This document shows positions 1-13,139 of a stretch of 64,000 bases of DNA, in pieces. Position 1 is the first letter of the stretch. Every line of letters starts with the position of its first letter. The notes under the pieces are model-generated. The model was given only the letters and a program-made list of their open reading frames with translations, made no database searches and was not told the origin of the DNA. The DNA lies in contig NW_024704742.1 in assembly GCF_018977255.1 (NCBI RefSeq), positions 106,394,001 through 106,458,000 on the forward strand, written 5' to 3'. Made by a program: the position numbers and the translations under genes. This stretch comes from Callorhinchus milii (taxonomy: Eukaryota).

Positions 1-420
1 CAGAGGATAAAGTTCAAAATCCTCATGCTCGTCCTCGCCTTCATGGCCCTCCACGGCTTTGCCCCTCCCTACTTCAGTGACCTGCTAACCCCTTATTAAC
101 CTGTCCACTCTTTCCGGCTCCGGCCTGCTCCATATTCCCTGCCTGCCCTGCCCCACCCTCAGCAGTTGGGCCTACAGCTTTTCCACCCCACCATTTGGAA
201 CTCCATCTCACGTTCCCTTTGTTCACTCCCTCCCTTGCCTCCTTCAAGGCATGTCTCAAGACCCTCCTCTTCAACTGTGCCTTCGACCACCCTCCTATCC
301 TCCCTGCCCTCCACCGTCCCTTACCCCAATTCCCTCCCTTGCTCGGGTCTAAAGCCCTGACTTACAGCACCTTGGGACGTTCTCCGGATGTGAAAGGCAC
401 TATACAAATATCATTTTGTA
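1..420 (+). mobile_element. L2 LINE 3' end (cut by window edge)
   Basis: Encodes ...SLASFKACLKTLLFNCAF, like the L2 ORF2 C-termini elsewhere in the window; ends in the tail gggacgttctccggatgtgaaaggcactat. Confidence 0.85.
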
Positions 421-429
421 CTGGAATGT

Positions 430-626
430 AATAATTCCTTCCAAAAAATTATGATTTGGTCACTCATCCATGACTGTTTGTGGGACACTGTTGTGCATAA
501 TTGGCTGTTGTATTTTTCACACAAAATAAACAGTCAATTCAGTATATGGTACGTTCTGTGAAGCGCTTTGAATTGTCTCAATGACATAATAAGACGCTAT
601 ATCAATACAAGGATTATTATTATTAC
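430..626 (+). mobile_element. SINE 3' half (shared L2-type tail)
   Basis: gactgtttgtgggacactgttgtg...gtgaagcgctttg...caaggattattatt matches the tail of the full copies at 7196 and 61816. Confidence 0.8.
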
Positions 627-1429
627 TAAGAAAACTCCTGCCATATTCCGTTCTCCAGAGCAGTAACTATATCTTTCTGTATCATGCACATTGGTCTTTA
701 AGGTTGTAAAATTAATTTTCACCTGTCTGTGTGAGCTTTATTTGATTATCTCAGGTTCCCGAACCACACAAAGACTCACAAATTCCCAAGTCAACAATTT
801 AATTTAAATTAAATACAATTGAATACAGCACTGACCCATTGCAGTCAACAATACTTATATACCTGCTTATATACCCAGTTAACAAAAAATATGAATTTTG
901 TTGTTGTAGGCTTAGTGCTATTGTGATTTGCATAGTAAGTCTAACAGATAAGTACGTCTAGTAAGTCTAACAGTAAGTCTCTCTGCACTTCAAAATAAAT
1001 GGAATGTGATTTAACTTGTAAAAGTCATACTATCATAAATCTAAAAAAAAAATTTTTTTAATTTTTAAATTTGCATTGAATTAATTTACAAGAGCACAGG
1101 GAGAAATTTGTTAAACTTACTGAATATAGCAGAATAGCATTTAACTCAAAATATAAACTTAATGGAATAACGGAGCTGAACAGTCCCCATAGTCAGCATC
1201 AATTTCCCTAAGCTGAAATGTATGACATATATGTCAGCATAGCTATAAACTGAATACTTTGGTTCTGGCCTTGACTTTGAAAGATAGAAGTGTGTTTAAT
1301 ACCTGCATTTGCACTGTACATTTAGTGTGGATTTGGCATGATATTCATGTCAAATCCAAATTAAAAGTGCTGGAAAGCTGAGCTTTTAGAGATTTTGATT
1401 CTGGAGGTTATTTTAGGAATAGAACTGTT

Positions 1430-3120
1430 CATGGAATCATAGAAATGTACAGCACAAAAAGAGGCCATTTGGCCCATTGAGTTTGTGCAGGCTCTTTGAA
1501 AAGAGCAATGTAGTGTCAATCCCACTCCCCAGCCTTTTCCCCATAACCCTGCAAACCAGTCCTCCTCAAATACCCATCCACCACGTTTTTAAAAGTAATT
1601 ATCGAATCGGCCTCGACAACACTTTTAGGCAATGCGTTCCAGATTCGAACAACTCGCTGCATGAAAAAATTTCTTCTCACCTCTCCTCTACTTCTTTTAG
1701 ATACTATTTTGAATCTGTGACCCAGAGTCACCGATACACCCACCAGTGGAAACAGTTTTTCCCTTTCTAACCTATCAAATGCCCTCATGATTTTGAAGAC
1801 CTCTATTAAGTCTCCTCGTAACCTTCTATGCCGCAATGAGAATAATCCCAGCCTCTCTAGCCTTTCCTCATAATCAAGGTCCCTCATTCCTGGTTCCATC
1901 CTTGTAAATCTCCTCTGCACCCTTTCCAATGGCTTAACATCCTTCCTATAGTGTGGTGCCCAGAACCGGGTGCAATATTCTAACTGAGGCCGAACCAGTA
2001 TTTTATATAGGTTAATCATAACCTCCTGACTCTTGTACTCTATGCCCCTATTTATGAAGCCTAGTATCCCATATGCCCTTTTTACAGCCTTATCTACCTG
2101 TCCTGCCACCTTCAAGGATTCATTTACCTGCACCCCCAGGTCTCTCTGTTCTTTTACCCCCCCTTAAGTTTGTATTACCAGCCTGTATTGCCTCCCCTCA
2201 TTCTTTCTACCAAAATGCATTACCTCACATTTCACCACATTGAAACTCATCTGCCATGTATCTGCCCATTTTACCACTCTTTCTATGTCTTCCTGCAGTT
2301 GGCTACTATCCTTCTCATTGTTTACCACCTTACCTAACTTTGTGTCGTCCACAAACCTGGAAATGGTACTTGCTATACCCAAGTTCAGATCATTTATGTA
2401 TACTAAAAAGAGCAGTGGTCCTAATACCAATCCCTGGGGAACGCCACTGTACACTTCCCTCCAGTCAGAAAAGCAGCTGTTTACTACAACTCTCTGCTTT
2501 CTGTCTTCCAGCCAGTTCTGCATCCATGCTGCCACTGTCCCTTTTATACCATGGGCTTCTATCTTTCTTACAAATCTTTCATGTGGCACTTTGTCAAATG
2601 CCTTGTGAAAGTCCATATAAACTACACCAACTGCACTATCTTTATCCACCCTTTCCATTACCTCATTGAAAAATTCTATTAGATTGGTTAGACAAAATTT
2701 GCCTTTAACAAATCCGTGCTGGCTGTCCCTAATTAACCCATATTCTTTTAAGTGAAGATTTATTCTGTCCCAGATTATAGTCTCCAGGAGTTTCCCCACT
2801 ACTGATGTTAGGCTGACTCGCCTGTAGTTCCCAGGTTTGTCCTTCTGTCCCATTTTGTACAGGGGAGTCACAATGGCCGCTCTCCAGTCTTCTAGCACCA
2901 CCCCTGTGTCCAACGAAGATTGAAAAATTGAGGCCAAAGCCTCCGCTATTTGTACCCATGCCTCCCATAGTAACCTTGGTTGCATCCCGTTCAGACCAGG
3001 CGACTTATCTATCTTCAACTCAGTCAACCTTTTCAGGACTTCCTCTCTGTTTATACTTATCCTATCCATTTCCTCTACCCTCTCCTCCAATACTGCGGCA
3101 TTTGGTGCATCCACTTCTTT
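1430..3120 (-). mobile_element. CR1 LINE, 5'-truncated, ORF2 reverse transcriptase plus C-terminus, frameshifted
   Basis: ORFs 2164-3114 and 1516-2133 carry CR1 motifs ([75 protein letters not shown]); ttctatgatt-type tail near 1435. Confidence 0.95.
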
Positions 3121-4839
3121 TGTGTTGCCATCAACTGTATTAGAAATTCAACTGGATTACAGCTGATTTCAACATGGGTGAATAAAAAGTATGCTTAAAA
3201 GTTCTTGTTGTTTTTGTTATTATAGAGGTGGTTATTTGTTCTCCTGGGTCTTTAAAGAGAATATAAAACAACAACAACAACAACAAGATTGCATTTATAG
3301 AGCGCCTTTCATGTCAGGAGGACCAGCGTTAGCTGCAAGGTAGCTGTTCAAACACGTGTTTAGTTGTACAAATACAGAGCTCTCCTTGGCACCCAGGAGC
3401 ATAATTTGGAATATAAAATATAAATCTGCCTCATCATTCTAAATGACTGTGCTGCTAGAAATGACGAAGCTTGAACTTTCTTATGACAATATACTCCGAA
3501 CTGGTACTCTAATAGCATGAACCATGGAGCTAAAAATGCAAATAGTAAAAAAGATGATTTTGTTTGATACAGCACCTTTCACGTCAAGAGAGCATCTCAG
3601 AGCACTTCGCAAGATACACTGTAAAGTGTAGCGACTGTGTTTTTTGGAAGCCAATTTGCACACAACAATGTCCTGACCAATTTGTTTTTGCTGGAAATGG
3701 CTACCATGGGATGGTTCCAGTTCTACACATTATCATAGTCATGGGGTGGGGGGAGAAGGTGTAGAGGAGGGGGACGGGTCATGTCTGAGATCGACAACAG
3801 AGAAATATTCTAGGTTGTGATGCTTATCACTGCTGTTATAATATGCCACAATTTTGACCCTGATGTTGTTTCATTGCTTCCAGATAGATGTACAAAAGGG
3901 GGCATAAACCATTCTCACCTTTATTTGTATAAGAATTCAAAATCATGTTTCTTTCCCCCTTGTTATGATTTCATTTTTACTCACCTAACTTTTTAGCCTT
4001 TAGATTGATTTCCGCATTTCTTCAGAGTTTGTTCTCCTGATCTAAATCAGACACATTTACAGTATAACGTTCTCGGTCTGTTAGACAGAATAGCAGAATA
4101 GGCTAGAATCTGCCAAATAATGTGGTGGCAATAAAGTTAACTAAGGAATAAAGTGCATCATTGCTTCAGTGCTTTATTCATATATTTTTGTTTTAAAATA
4201 GTAGCCAATAATATGAAGAGTCAGTGATCTGAGACCAATCATCCATTCATTTCAATGGGATTTCTTTAATTGCATTGAACCCTTTAGTGCCTATGTTATG
4301 CAATTAAAGGGGAAATGCTGAATAAGATTATTGATCAAATTGTTGTAATTGCTAAGGCCTTTTTAATTCATTTCAGAAATCTTGAAACAAACTCTGCCTC
4401 TATATTAAACATGATGTTTGAAGGCAAAAGTGTATTACCAGTAATGTAAAAAAGGTTAAGATTTCTATCACATTACTCATAGGCTTCCTCCAGCATCAGT
4501 AACTCCTAGAAATGATGTTCTGACGCTGCTAATACAAATTTGATTGCATTGTAAGGATGAATTCATGATTTCCTGGGCTTTGGTTTCTTACTTAACCATC
4601 TACTAAATATAGATATCTGCAAAGCCAGTTATTTATCACAAGTCAATCAACACCAACAGAGAGCATGGATTTATTCTCATCCCCTTCCTCTTCACCACAA
4701 GAGAAACTTATGTCAGTCGCTATCCAATACAATTGTTATAGGCTTTTCTCATAGCAACATAGTGCGCCATTTCTTAACAGGATTACTCAATATAAAATCT
4801 GAGGTATGAAGATGGAGACTCTTTCCCACAACCGCTAGT

Positions 4840-5122
4840 CCGTCAGATTGACCTCCAAGACTGACCTCCTCCTCGTCCCCGAGTCCTCCGCTCCACCCTC
4901 GGCGGCCGTGCCTTCAGCCATTATGTCCCGAGGCTCTTGAACTCCTTTCCTCACTCCCTTCGTCTCGCTCCCTCCCTTCCTATTTTCAGGTCTCTGCTGA
5001 TCGCGCCTTTGGTCACCTTCCTCCCCCTCCCCATGGCTCGGCCCCGGGATCTGTTACTGTAAAGCGCTCTGAGACGCCATCTAGCGTGAATGGCGCTATA
5101 TAAATCCAAGCTGTTGTTGTTG
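4840..5122 (+). mobile_element. L2 LINE 3' end, second subfamily
   Basis: ctcctcgtcccccgagtcctccgctccaccctcggcggccgtgccttcagcc body; tail agcgctctgagacgccatctagcgtgaatggcgctat followed by (TTG)n. Confidence 0.85.
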
Positions 5123-7195
5123 ACCTAGATAATGTAACTGAGTTCTAGACAGAGAAATTCCACTCCAATTCCATTCAATTCTGAAATGGAGCTCATCCGG
5201 GATTTTAACAGCATTTTCTTTCCAATTATCTGCTAATGAATGCTGAAAATTACTTAGAGTGATAAGGCACAGAAGCCACGTAGACCATTTGGGTGTTTAT
5301 ACTCCACACAAGTCTTCATGTTGCCCTGATTGAGACCAGCAAACACAGCACCAGACCTGGATTCAAATGAGTAGGTATCTAGTCCATAAGCTGCAATTCT
5401 ATCCACTATGTTATTGGAACTGCCCTTTTTAAAGGGGTGAATCTCGTGAATGGCAGAATCTGTGCTCAACTCGCCCCAGGAATAATGTTTTAATTGAGAT
5501 CAAGGTCTTACTTGATAAAAAGTCATTCAATAAATTAGCATTTAAACAAGATGACATGTGAGTGAGCTGGTTCTGATATAATTTTCCTGCTCTTGGGTGT
5601 GTGTGTATACTCAAATATATATGTGTGTGTGTGGCGGTATGGGGGGGTGGTCAAGGTAGGATGCCTCAGTATGTTTGCATGCCCATCTGGTTGAAGGCAT
5701 GATCTGTTTATATTATGGATTGTTTATTCTTATTATGGATTTTCATCTTTTCATTATCATTCCAAATTAAAAGAACATAAGAAATTACACGTAATGAATT
5801 TAATGGATAAGTGGGTAATTTGCACTCAGTTAAAGATGATTAGGAAGCGAGAAACTAGAAAAACACTGGTTCTTCAAAATTCAGATCAATTAACAAATGG
5901 TATATTAATACACATAATCTATAGCAAGCATGAGGACTTTTATTTTAAGAACAATCCTCAGTGGCTGTCTCGATAACCTGGTTCCTGAGCCAGGTGGGTC
6001 TGCAGGATTCCAGGCCACTGCTGATGACAGGCAACCTAACCTGGCTCATCGGCAATATTTGGAGGGGCAGACCAGTCTGTGTTCAGGGATTCTTCCTTTT
6101 CAGCTTCTGCTAATCATGCAAGCCAAATTCCTAATGATGGTCCTAGCTAAACAAGCAGAGCGAAGCCTGTCATTGCTTTCCGTGGCAAGCTATGCAGTTT
6201 TAGCTGGGTAATCTCCAGCAGTACCCAAATGCACGTTCTGGGGTCCTCAAGCCAATATGCCTGATACTCCCCATAAATAATTAAGCAGAGTGTGTCCCTC
6301 CAGTTAAAGACTGCATATTCCATTCCAGATACGGGAACTTCTATGTGTAGATGGCATGCATGGAACTCTCAGTCTGGATTAGTTATTCTGAAGCATGATG
6401 ATGGGTTCCCACTGACCAAAACATTTAAAAAAAAACTGTGATGCTGCTTATCCCTGAAGCACAAGAAAATCTTTCCTAAGAACAATTGAAAGAATGACCA
6501 CCAGACCAGATCTATCAGATTTATCAAAATGTACAGTCAATTCACTTTATACTATATTCTATGAAGAGCTTTGAGATGTCTCGAAGATATGATAAGGCGT
6601 TATCAAATGCAAGGATTATTAATATTATCAGGAATCTTGCATCATGAATTTGGTGAAACCTGTGATGGTGAAGGCAGGATAGATCAGTATGGAGTAAAGG
6701 GTAGAGGAACTTAGAAAGTAGAGATGTCAGCAAACTTGTAGCATGAAGAAATCAAAGAGCCATTTCTCATGTCTTTGAATTCTTAAGTGTTTGAAGCTAT
6801 ATTGTAAGTTTTCAAGCTGAGATGATAGTAATCTTTAAAGCATTAATATAAAGAAAGGATGGGATAGAAAGTACACTGGGCAAAATGTGTTTCCAACAGA
6901 TTTCATCTTGTAACCTAAACATGAATGCAAGCACTTTACAGACTCCATTGCAGTCATTTTCAAATATAATCATTGAAAATAATGTATCAACAGAAAAGTC
7001 TAAAGTATAGAAGCTCTGAGATAAATAAGTCACATGTCTACATTAAAGGTGATCCTTTTTAGTGGCTATTGGACTCTTTAATGTAATAATAAGTTGTATT
7101 CACATAATCCTTTATGTACAATAAACATCTCAAAGTACTTCACAAAATAAAATTGATAAGAGATCAAAGTGAATATTGCTATATAGGTGATTTGT

Positions 7196-7485
7196 GGAGT
7201 CCTGTAGCTCAGTGGTTAAAGCACTCGCTTTGCATGTGAGAGACCTGCACTCGATTCCAGGCAGGGCGAAACCTTGGGCAAGTTTCCTTACTCCACACGC
7301 CTGATAATAATCCTTTAAAAAAGCAATCCATGACTGTTTGTGGGACACTGCTGTGAGCAAGTGGCTGCCGCGTTTCGCCCACAAAAATACAGTCAATTCA
7401 CTTTACAGATATTCTGTGAAGCACTTTGAGACGTCTAGAAGACGTGAAAAGCGCTATATCAAATGCAAGGATTATTATTATTATT
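7196..7485 (+). mobile_element. tRNA(Ala)-derived SINE with CORE-like domain, internally deleted subfamily
   Basis: Head gtagctcagtggttaaagc...ttgca...actcgattcc with A/B boxes; then accttgggcaagtt, shared tail and (TTA)n. Confidence 0.85.
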
Positions 7486-7688
7486 TCAGCAGCCAATATT
7501 TGCAAACAACCTTCCTTAAGCAACAATGAGATTAGTAGACAACAAATTTGAATTGGGATGTAAATTTGAATGAGGAAGGAATATAAACCAGGTTAACTGG
7601 GAGAAAGACTTTGTTTGAAATAGAAAATGCATTCTCTCAACAAAGTGCGATGTTACAATATCACTGGAAGCAGCATGACAACAAACAA

Positions 7689-7848
7689 TGGAGTGTAATT
7701 TGCGTGATTTCTTAACAGAATTCTTTATTAAGGCAGTGTATCATGTCAGAGCAAAATTCCTGTGAGCAAGCTGACGTTCTTTATTAGAAGGAATCCCCAT
7801 TTGTGTGACTTGGATTCCCTGTTAAGAAATAATGCAAATTAGACACCA
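7689..7848. repeat. Short inverted-repeat element (MITE-like)
   Basis: Arms 7689-7718 and 7819-7848 are reverse complements at 26 of 30 nt. Confidence 0.55.
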
Positions 7849-7904
7849 ATATACAAATCTTCCCTTTATGTACACCTGTAAAGTGGATATTTAAGATATC
7901 TATC

Positions 7905-8620
7905 TAGCTTATTTGGTACGACCCTCACCTCTGAGTTAGACAACTGTGGGTTCAAGCCCTGAGTTGCGACTTTGAGCTCACCGTCTCACCTGACACTCTA
8001 GTGTAATGTTGGGGAAGGTTGTATTATCCAAGATACTATCCTTGGGTGAGATATTAAACTGAGGTCATGTCTGTCTGTTCAGGGGTTAATAATAATCATA
8101 AAATACACAATAATCATAATAATCATTGCCATCATAACTCATAATAATCATAAGAATTATATAGATAATAAATAATAATAATACATACATTTGATACAGA
8201 ACCTTTCACATTGGGAGGTCATCTCAAAGCGCGAGGTGCAGTGACTGTGTTTTGTGTATGAATGCAGCAACCAATTTTCATACAACAATGTCCCACAAAC
8301 AGCCATGAAGTGAGTGACCAATTGTATTTGTGGCCAGGATACTGGGAAAAACTCCCTTTTCGAATAGTGCCACTGGGATCTTTAAAGTCCACCCGAACAG
8401 ACAGACTAGGCCTCAATTCAATGCCTCATCCAAAGGACGGCAGCTCCAACAATACAGCACATACCCAGCACAACATTAGAGTGTCAGCTTAGACTATATG
8501 AGTTCCAAGACCCAACATGGCACTTGAATCCATGACCATCTGACTCAGAGGCAAGAGTGCTACCAACTGAGCCAGACTGACACACAGGATCCCATTGGCA
8601 CTATTCAAAAAGAGAATGGA
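7905..8620 (+). mobile_element. Deu-domain SINE split by a second, antisense SINE
   Basis: Head and Deu domain run to ~8085 (gagatattaaactgaggtc...gttcagg) and resume at ~8587 (ggatcccattggcactattcaaaaagag). Confidence 0.65.
8165..8583 (-). mobile_element. Deu-domain tRNA SINE, near full length
   Basis: Reverse complement reads ggctcagttggtagcactcttgcctctgagtcag, then the Deu domain (gtcctttggatgag...aagatcccagtggcactattcg), then the shared tail. Confidence 0.85.
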
Positions 8621-8734
8621 GGTTACAATGCCTTTTTAGTGTATTCTAGTAATAAATCTTGTGTCAATGATCAAGATATTGATACTAAACATATTCTCAC
8701 ATTTTGAACCCATTCCAAGCATCAGCCGTGTGTT

Positions 8735-9050
8735 GCTCTGGTTCAGTGGGTCGTATTCTTGTCTGAGGTGTGGGTTCAAGCCCCACATCTGGGCTTGAAG
8801 TTCACAGTCCAGGCTGACAGTGCAATGTAGTGCTGGGTGTATGTTGCATTGTTGGAGGTGCTGTCCTTCAGATGAGACATTAAACTAAGGTCCCGTATGC
8901 CTGTGTAGATGGATGTTGATGATCAAATTGCATTATTCAAAAAGAGAAAGGAGTTTCTCCAGGTATCCTGGCCAATAATTCCCCAGATAAAATTGCTCTT
9001 TGACTTCCTGGCTGTTTGTTGGACGTTGCTTGTGTATATTGCACACCAAA
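8735..9050 (+). mobile_element. Deu-domain tRNA SINE
   Basis: ggaggtgctgtccttcagatgagacattaaactaaggtcccg...ggagtttctccaggtatcctggccaat. Confidence 0.8.
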
Positions 9051-10224
9051 AAATACAAATACAAAACTTTTGCCAATGTGATAAGGCTCTACCTGAAATG
9101 GGAGTATTATTCACATACATGTTGATATCTACTGAAACTTCAAAGTTAATGTAATTATGAATAGATTTAAAATTCAAGCATATTTCTTGCCAATTATTGA
9201 AGAGTTTTGTCCACCTATTGTCACAGTGAGCCAAGATGTAATATTGAAGATTAAAGAAATTAGCTCTATTGAACATCACAGCTATCATCCCTCTATTAAC
9301 TACAATCAAAATAACGTGTCCATTCATAATATTTCGAATAAGTAAAAATTGCACCTGTTGTGTCTGGGTAGGTTAGTTGGTAACCTATGACAGACATTGC
9401 TGATGTTTTGGAAGACTCCCACTGTTAAGTACAAAGAAACACTGATATGAAACTGAAAGGGAAAATTTTTTTCCTTTAAACTGTTAGAGACAGAACTGGT
9501 ACAAATATGGTATAAGTGAACGTCAACAGCTTGGGTTTAACCTTACAGTGGGTGTAGACCACGTCACAGGACAAGCTTTTTTATTATTAATATTACGCTT
9601 CCCTTCCTTATTCTTATGTTGTCCCTAGAGACACACAGTTCGGCTAATGGTTCGGATTTGCATAGATGAATGCCAGTCTACTTTCCTGGCTGTGCAGCCA
9701 TCCAGTCCTTTCTTGCATTATTCAATTTGGGGATGTTGACATTTATTACAATAATGACTAAATATTCATGATTTAATGTGGAATAATAGATGTAATTGCC
9801 TCATGTCTGAAAGACAAGAGCAGGAAAGGATTAAGGCGAACAAAAAAAACTCAGCAGTTTCCGGTTACATTTAAAATGTATGTGAATATTGAAAATAGAA
9901 ATTATAATGAGGAATGCTGAAGGGAATTAAGTAACGGTCGCTTACCCCTTGATCATTCAGCCTGTTTTACAGTGAGCAGCAAAGCCGATTTAAACTACTG
10001 TATTTGCTTTTGGTTAACCATTCAACAATGAGGAACGCCAGATTAGTTTATCAAATGACTGTGCTGTTTCCGTAGGTGCCAATATTAGAGTTTTACAGGA
10101 TTTTACTGCATGTGCTAGTTGCACTTTCAGGCTGGGCAATGGCATTGATTCTGCACAGTGAAAATCTAGTGAGAGAGGAGATGGTAAGAAAATAGACAAT
10201 GATGTGAGTGGAGAGGAAATGTGT

Positions 10225-11322
10225 CGCGAACTTTGTCGCGGCAAATGGCTTCTCCTCCAAACCCCGCACCGTCTCGTGCGGTGGCTCTCAGGGCTCTGTC
10301 CTCAGTCCCCTCCTCTTCACTGTCTACATGCTCCCCCTTGGTGACATCATCCACGGACATGGGGTAAATTTCCACATGTATGCGGATGATATCCAACTCT
10401 ATCTCTCTGTCTCCACCCTCAACTCCAGGACTACTGGAGTCCTGACCGGCTGCCTGTCCAACATCAAGTCCTGGATGAGGGATAACTTTCTCCAACTCAA
10501 CGTCAGCAAGACCGAGGCCCTGCTGATTGGCTTGCGCCAGCGCCTCCACACCTCAGGCGCTGGCAGCATCAGCCTCCACGGCTGTACACTCAACCTCACT
10601 AAGCCAGTCAGGACTCTGGGTGTCTTGTTTGACCCTGAACTGTCCTTTCTCCCCCACATCTGCGCCATGACTGGCACTGCCTACCACTACCTCCGCCACA
10701 TTGCCAGACTCCGCCACTGCCTCACCTCTCAGGCTGCCGAAACCCTTATCCATGCATTCGTCTCGATTACGGAAACTCCCTCCTCACTGGCCTTCTCAAC
10801 TCTTCCCTTCACAAGCTGCAGATCATCCAAAACTCTGCAGCTCGTGTACTCTCATACACCAGGCTCCGCGACCCCATCACTCCCACCCTCGTCTGACTCC
10901 ACTGGTTCCCCATCCCCCAGAGGATCGAGTTCAAGATCCTTGTCCTCACCTTAAAGGCCATCCATGGCCTTGCCCCCACCAACCTCCCCGCTCCCTCCAT
11001 TCAGCGGGCTCCAGCCTGCTCCATGTCTCCCACCTGACCCGTCCTACCATCGGTGGCCGGCTTCTCTGCCACTACACTCTGGAACTCCATCCCACGGTCC
11101 CTTTGCCTCGCTTCCTCTCTTGCCTCCTTCAAGGCCAGTCTCAAGACCCTCCTCTTCGATCATGCCCTCGGTCGCCTTCCCACCTCTCTGCCGTCTCTCA
11201 CCCTTACACCCCCCCCCCCCCCCCCATGCTCGGGCCCCGACACCTGACTGTCCAGCACTTTGGGACGTCCTCCCGACGTGAAAGGCGCTCTATAAATTTA
11301 ATTTTGTTGTTTGTTGTTGTTG
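10225..11322 (+). mobile_element. L2 LINE, 5'-truncated ORF2 RT fragment with frameshifts
   Basis: ORF 10208-10954 contains GSQGSVLSPLLF, FHMYADDIQLY, WMRDNFLQLNVSKTE, LGVLFD; L2 tail and (TTG)n at ~11255-11322. Confidence 0.93.
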
Positions 11323-12209
11323 ATGTGTCAGTTACTGATAAATTAAGACAAAATAAGTTATTGGCTGTGCCTGAGTAATAATGGGAAACCTTTAAATGTT
11401 ACATTTTCCAAACTAGGCTACTTTATCCAAAGGAATAAGTGACCTTGAACAATCTGGGTGATAAGAGGTTAGTGAACAATTAAGGAATTAAATACCTTAA
11501 TTTAGGAGGGAGGATGTGACATGTCTCTGTGTGAGCATTTAAAATTGTAACAAATTCACACCCAGCTCTAGGCTAACCTAGTTTTACTGTTGAAGAAACA
11601 ATTAAATGGAGAAACACTGTACTGGCGGATTGTTGAATAGACTTTTAAGGTTATAGAGATAATAACATTGATCCTTTGTTACTGTAATTTATTTTTACTC
11701 GGATTTGTTTTAAATATGATGAAGAGAGAAAAACATGTTCTTCTTATAATGCCTTCCCTCTTCTGCTCCTTTTACGTTCTCTCCCTTGCTCTTCCCCCTA
11801 AAGTTGACATTTCTATTCTACTTACCAGTGCCCATTTGTGATGAATTGAAAAGCAAACAACTGTTTGTTTGTCTGCCTTCCTTGCTTCTCCAAATTCTTG
11901 ACTCCTTTGCAGCTTCTTCTCATGGCTCTTTCTCCTTCTTTGATGATATTCACGAGTTGATTCTGTCACAGGATATTGAAATGGAGGTGTGGACAAAGCT
12001 GAGCAGTATCGCGGTGTCCTGCTGAGCAAAGCAGCAATGCCTTGAGAAATTACCTTGGTCATTGTTGCTGGTTGATGTTTGCAGTTACACAGTAACATTA
12101 GCAACACAGTAATAATTCCTTCAAAATAATTAATAATAATTTGGTCACTCAATCCACCACTGTTTGTGGCTGCCACGTTTTTCTCACAAATTATACAGGA
12201 CAGAAGACG

Positions 12210-12500
12210 TCAACAGGAGCCAAAGAGTATGGCTTCCGTCTTTTTGACATTTCACTGCAAGAAGTTTGCGCTCATCCAGGCCTTGATGTCTGTCAGAAAA
12301 GCTGACAGAACATCAGAAGCCTGGGGCGTCACTGTTAGAGGAGAAGAAGAGTTGAGTGTCATCCACATACAAGTGGAAGTTAACTCTGTGTCTGCGGATG
12401 ACATCTTCGAGAGTGAGCATATAGATGAGGACTCTCCTCAGCAGACTTTCCCAGCAGTCAGAGCATGAGAAGAGGTAGTGGCAGAGGTAGCCGACGTTGT
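12210..12500 (-). mobile_element. L2 ORF2 internal fragment
   Basis: Reverse complement matches the RT segment seen at 10320-10520 (gacatcaaggcctggatgagcgcaaacttcttgcag). Confidence 0.75.
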
Positions 12501-13139
12501 GGTGAGGAAGGAAAGTCGAATGATGTAGTGCTTATTTATTATATAACTAAAGGTACCTGTAATTTCTTCAGTGCATATGTTTTGGCACACAATTAGCCCA
12601 AGCTACAAATTAGACCTCATAGAGTGAGTGCAATATTGATCAGGAAAGAACTGAATGAGCTTAAAACTCCAAATCAGAGTTTGATCTGTTAAAAATTTTG
12701 CTTCTTAAAACTCCAAAAACACACGCAAAACTCAGTAAAATGAACGTGAAATGTGGTAGATACCTATCTTTCTGCAGTTCTGGTGTGTATTACTAACATC
12801 TGCTGTCACACAGTCATTATACCCTATCTTCTATCATTAAATGTACTGCACAAATCAAACTTTAAATCACTTTTGGGAACTGAGTCACTGCAATCAAAAA
12901 TGTTGCGCTCACAAAGCAGAAACCATCAGTTTACGAGTGATCTTGTGGGATTCACCACAAAATGTGTGAAAATAATCACAATGCGAAACAACAACAACTT
13001 GCATTTATATCTTGCTCTTCACGGAAGGTAACATTTCAGAGCCCTGTAAATAACATAACAAAATTGGTGTTTTGCTTTCGAATCAGTTCAGAAAAGGTCC
13101 AAAATGCCCAAGAAAAAGTCAGAAAAACACCATGGTATC

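Noticed and set aside
933..978. Short direct repeats (tagtaagtctaacag; also taatggttttcatatga at ~31566-31621)
   Set aside because: Typical slippage duplications with no further structure
7196..7270. tRNA-Ala(TGC)-like sequence as a tRNA gene (also 61816 and 56700-56770)
   Set aside because: The acceptor stem is not complementary and the sequence runs straight into SINE body and tail, so these are SINE heads
8923..9354. 143-aa ORF, and similar AT-rich ORFs at 12962 and 14562
   Set aside because: These run through SINE sequence or have low-information composition, and I recognise no homology
10208..11378. Long ORFs of 248 and 225 aa as host genes (also 21433, 25788, 39968)
   Set aside because: They are L2 ORF2 fragments or out-of-frame readings of C-rich L2 DNA
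11772..12176. 134-aa minus-strand ORF as a coding exon
   Set aside because: It starts inside a SINE tail, has no recognisable domain, and its length is compatible with chance
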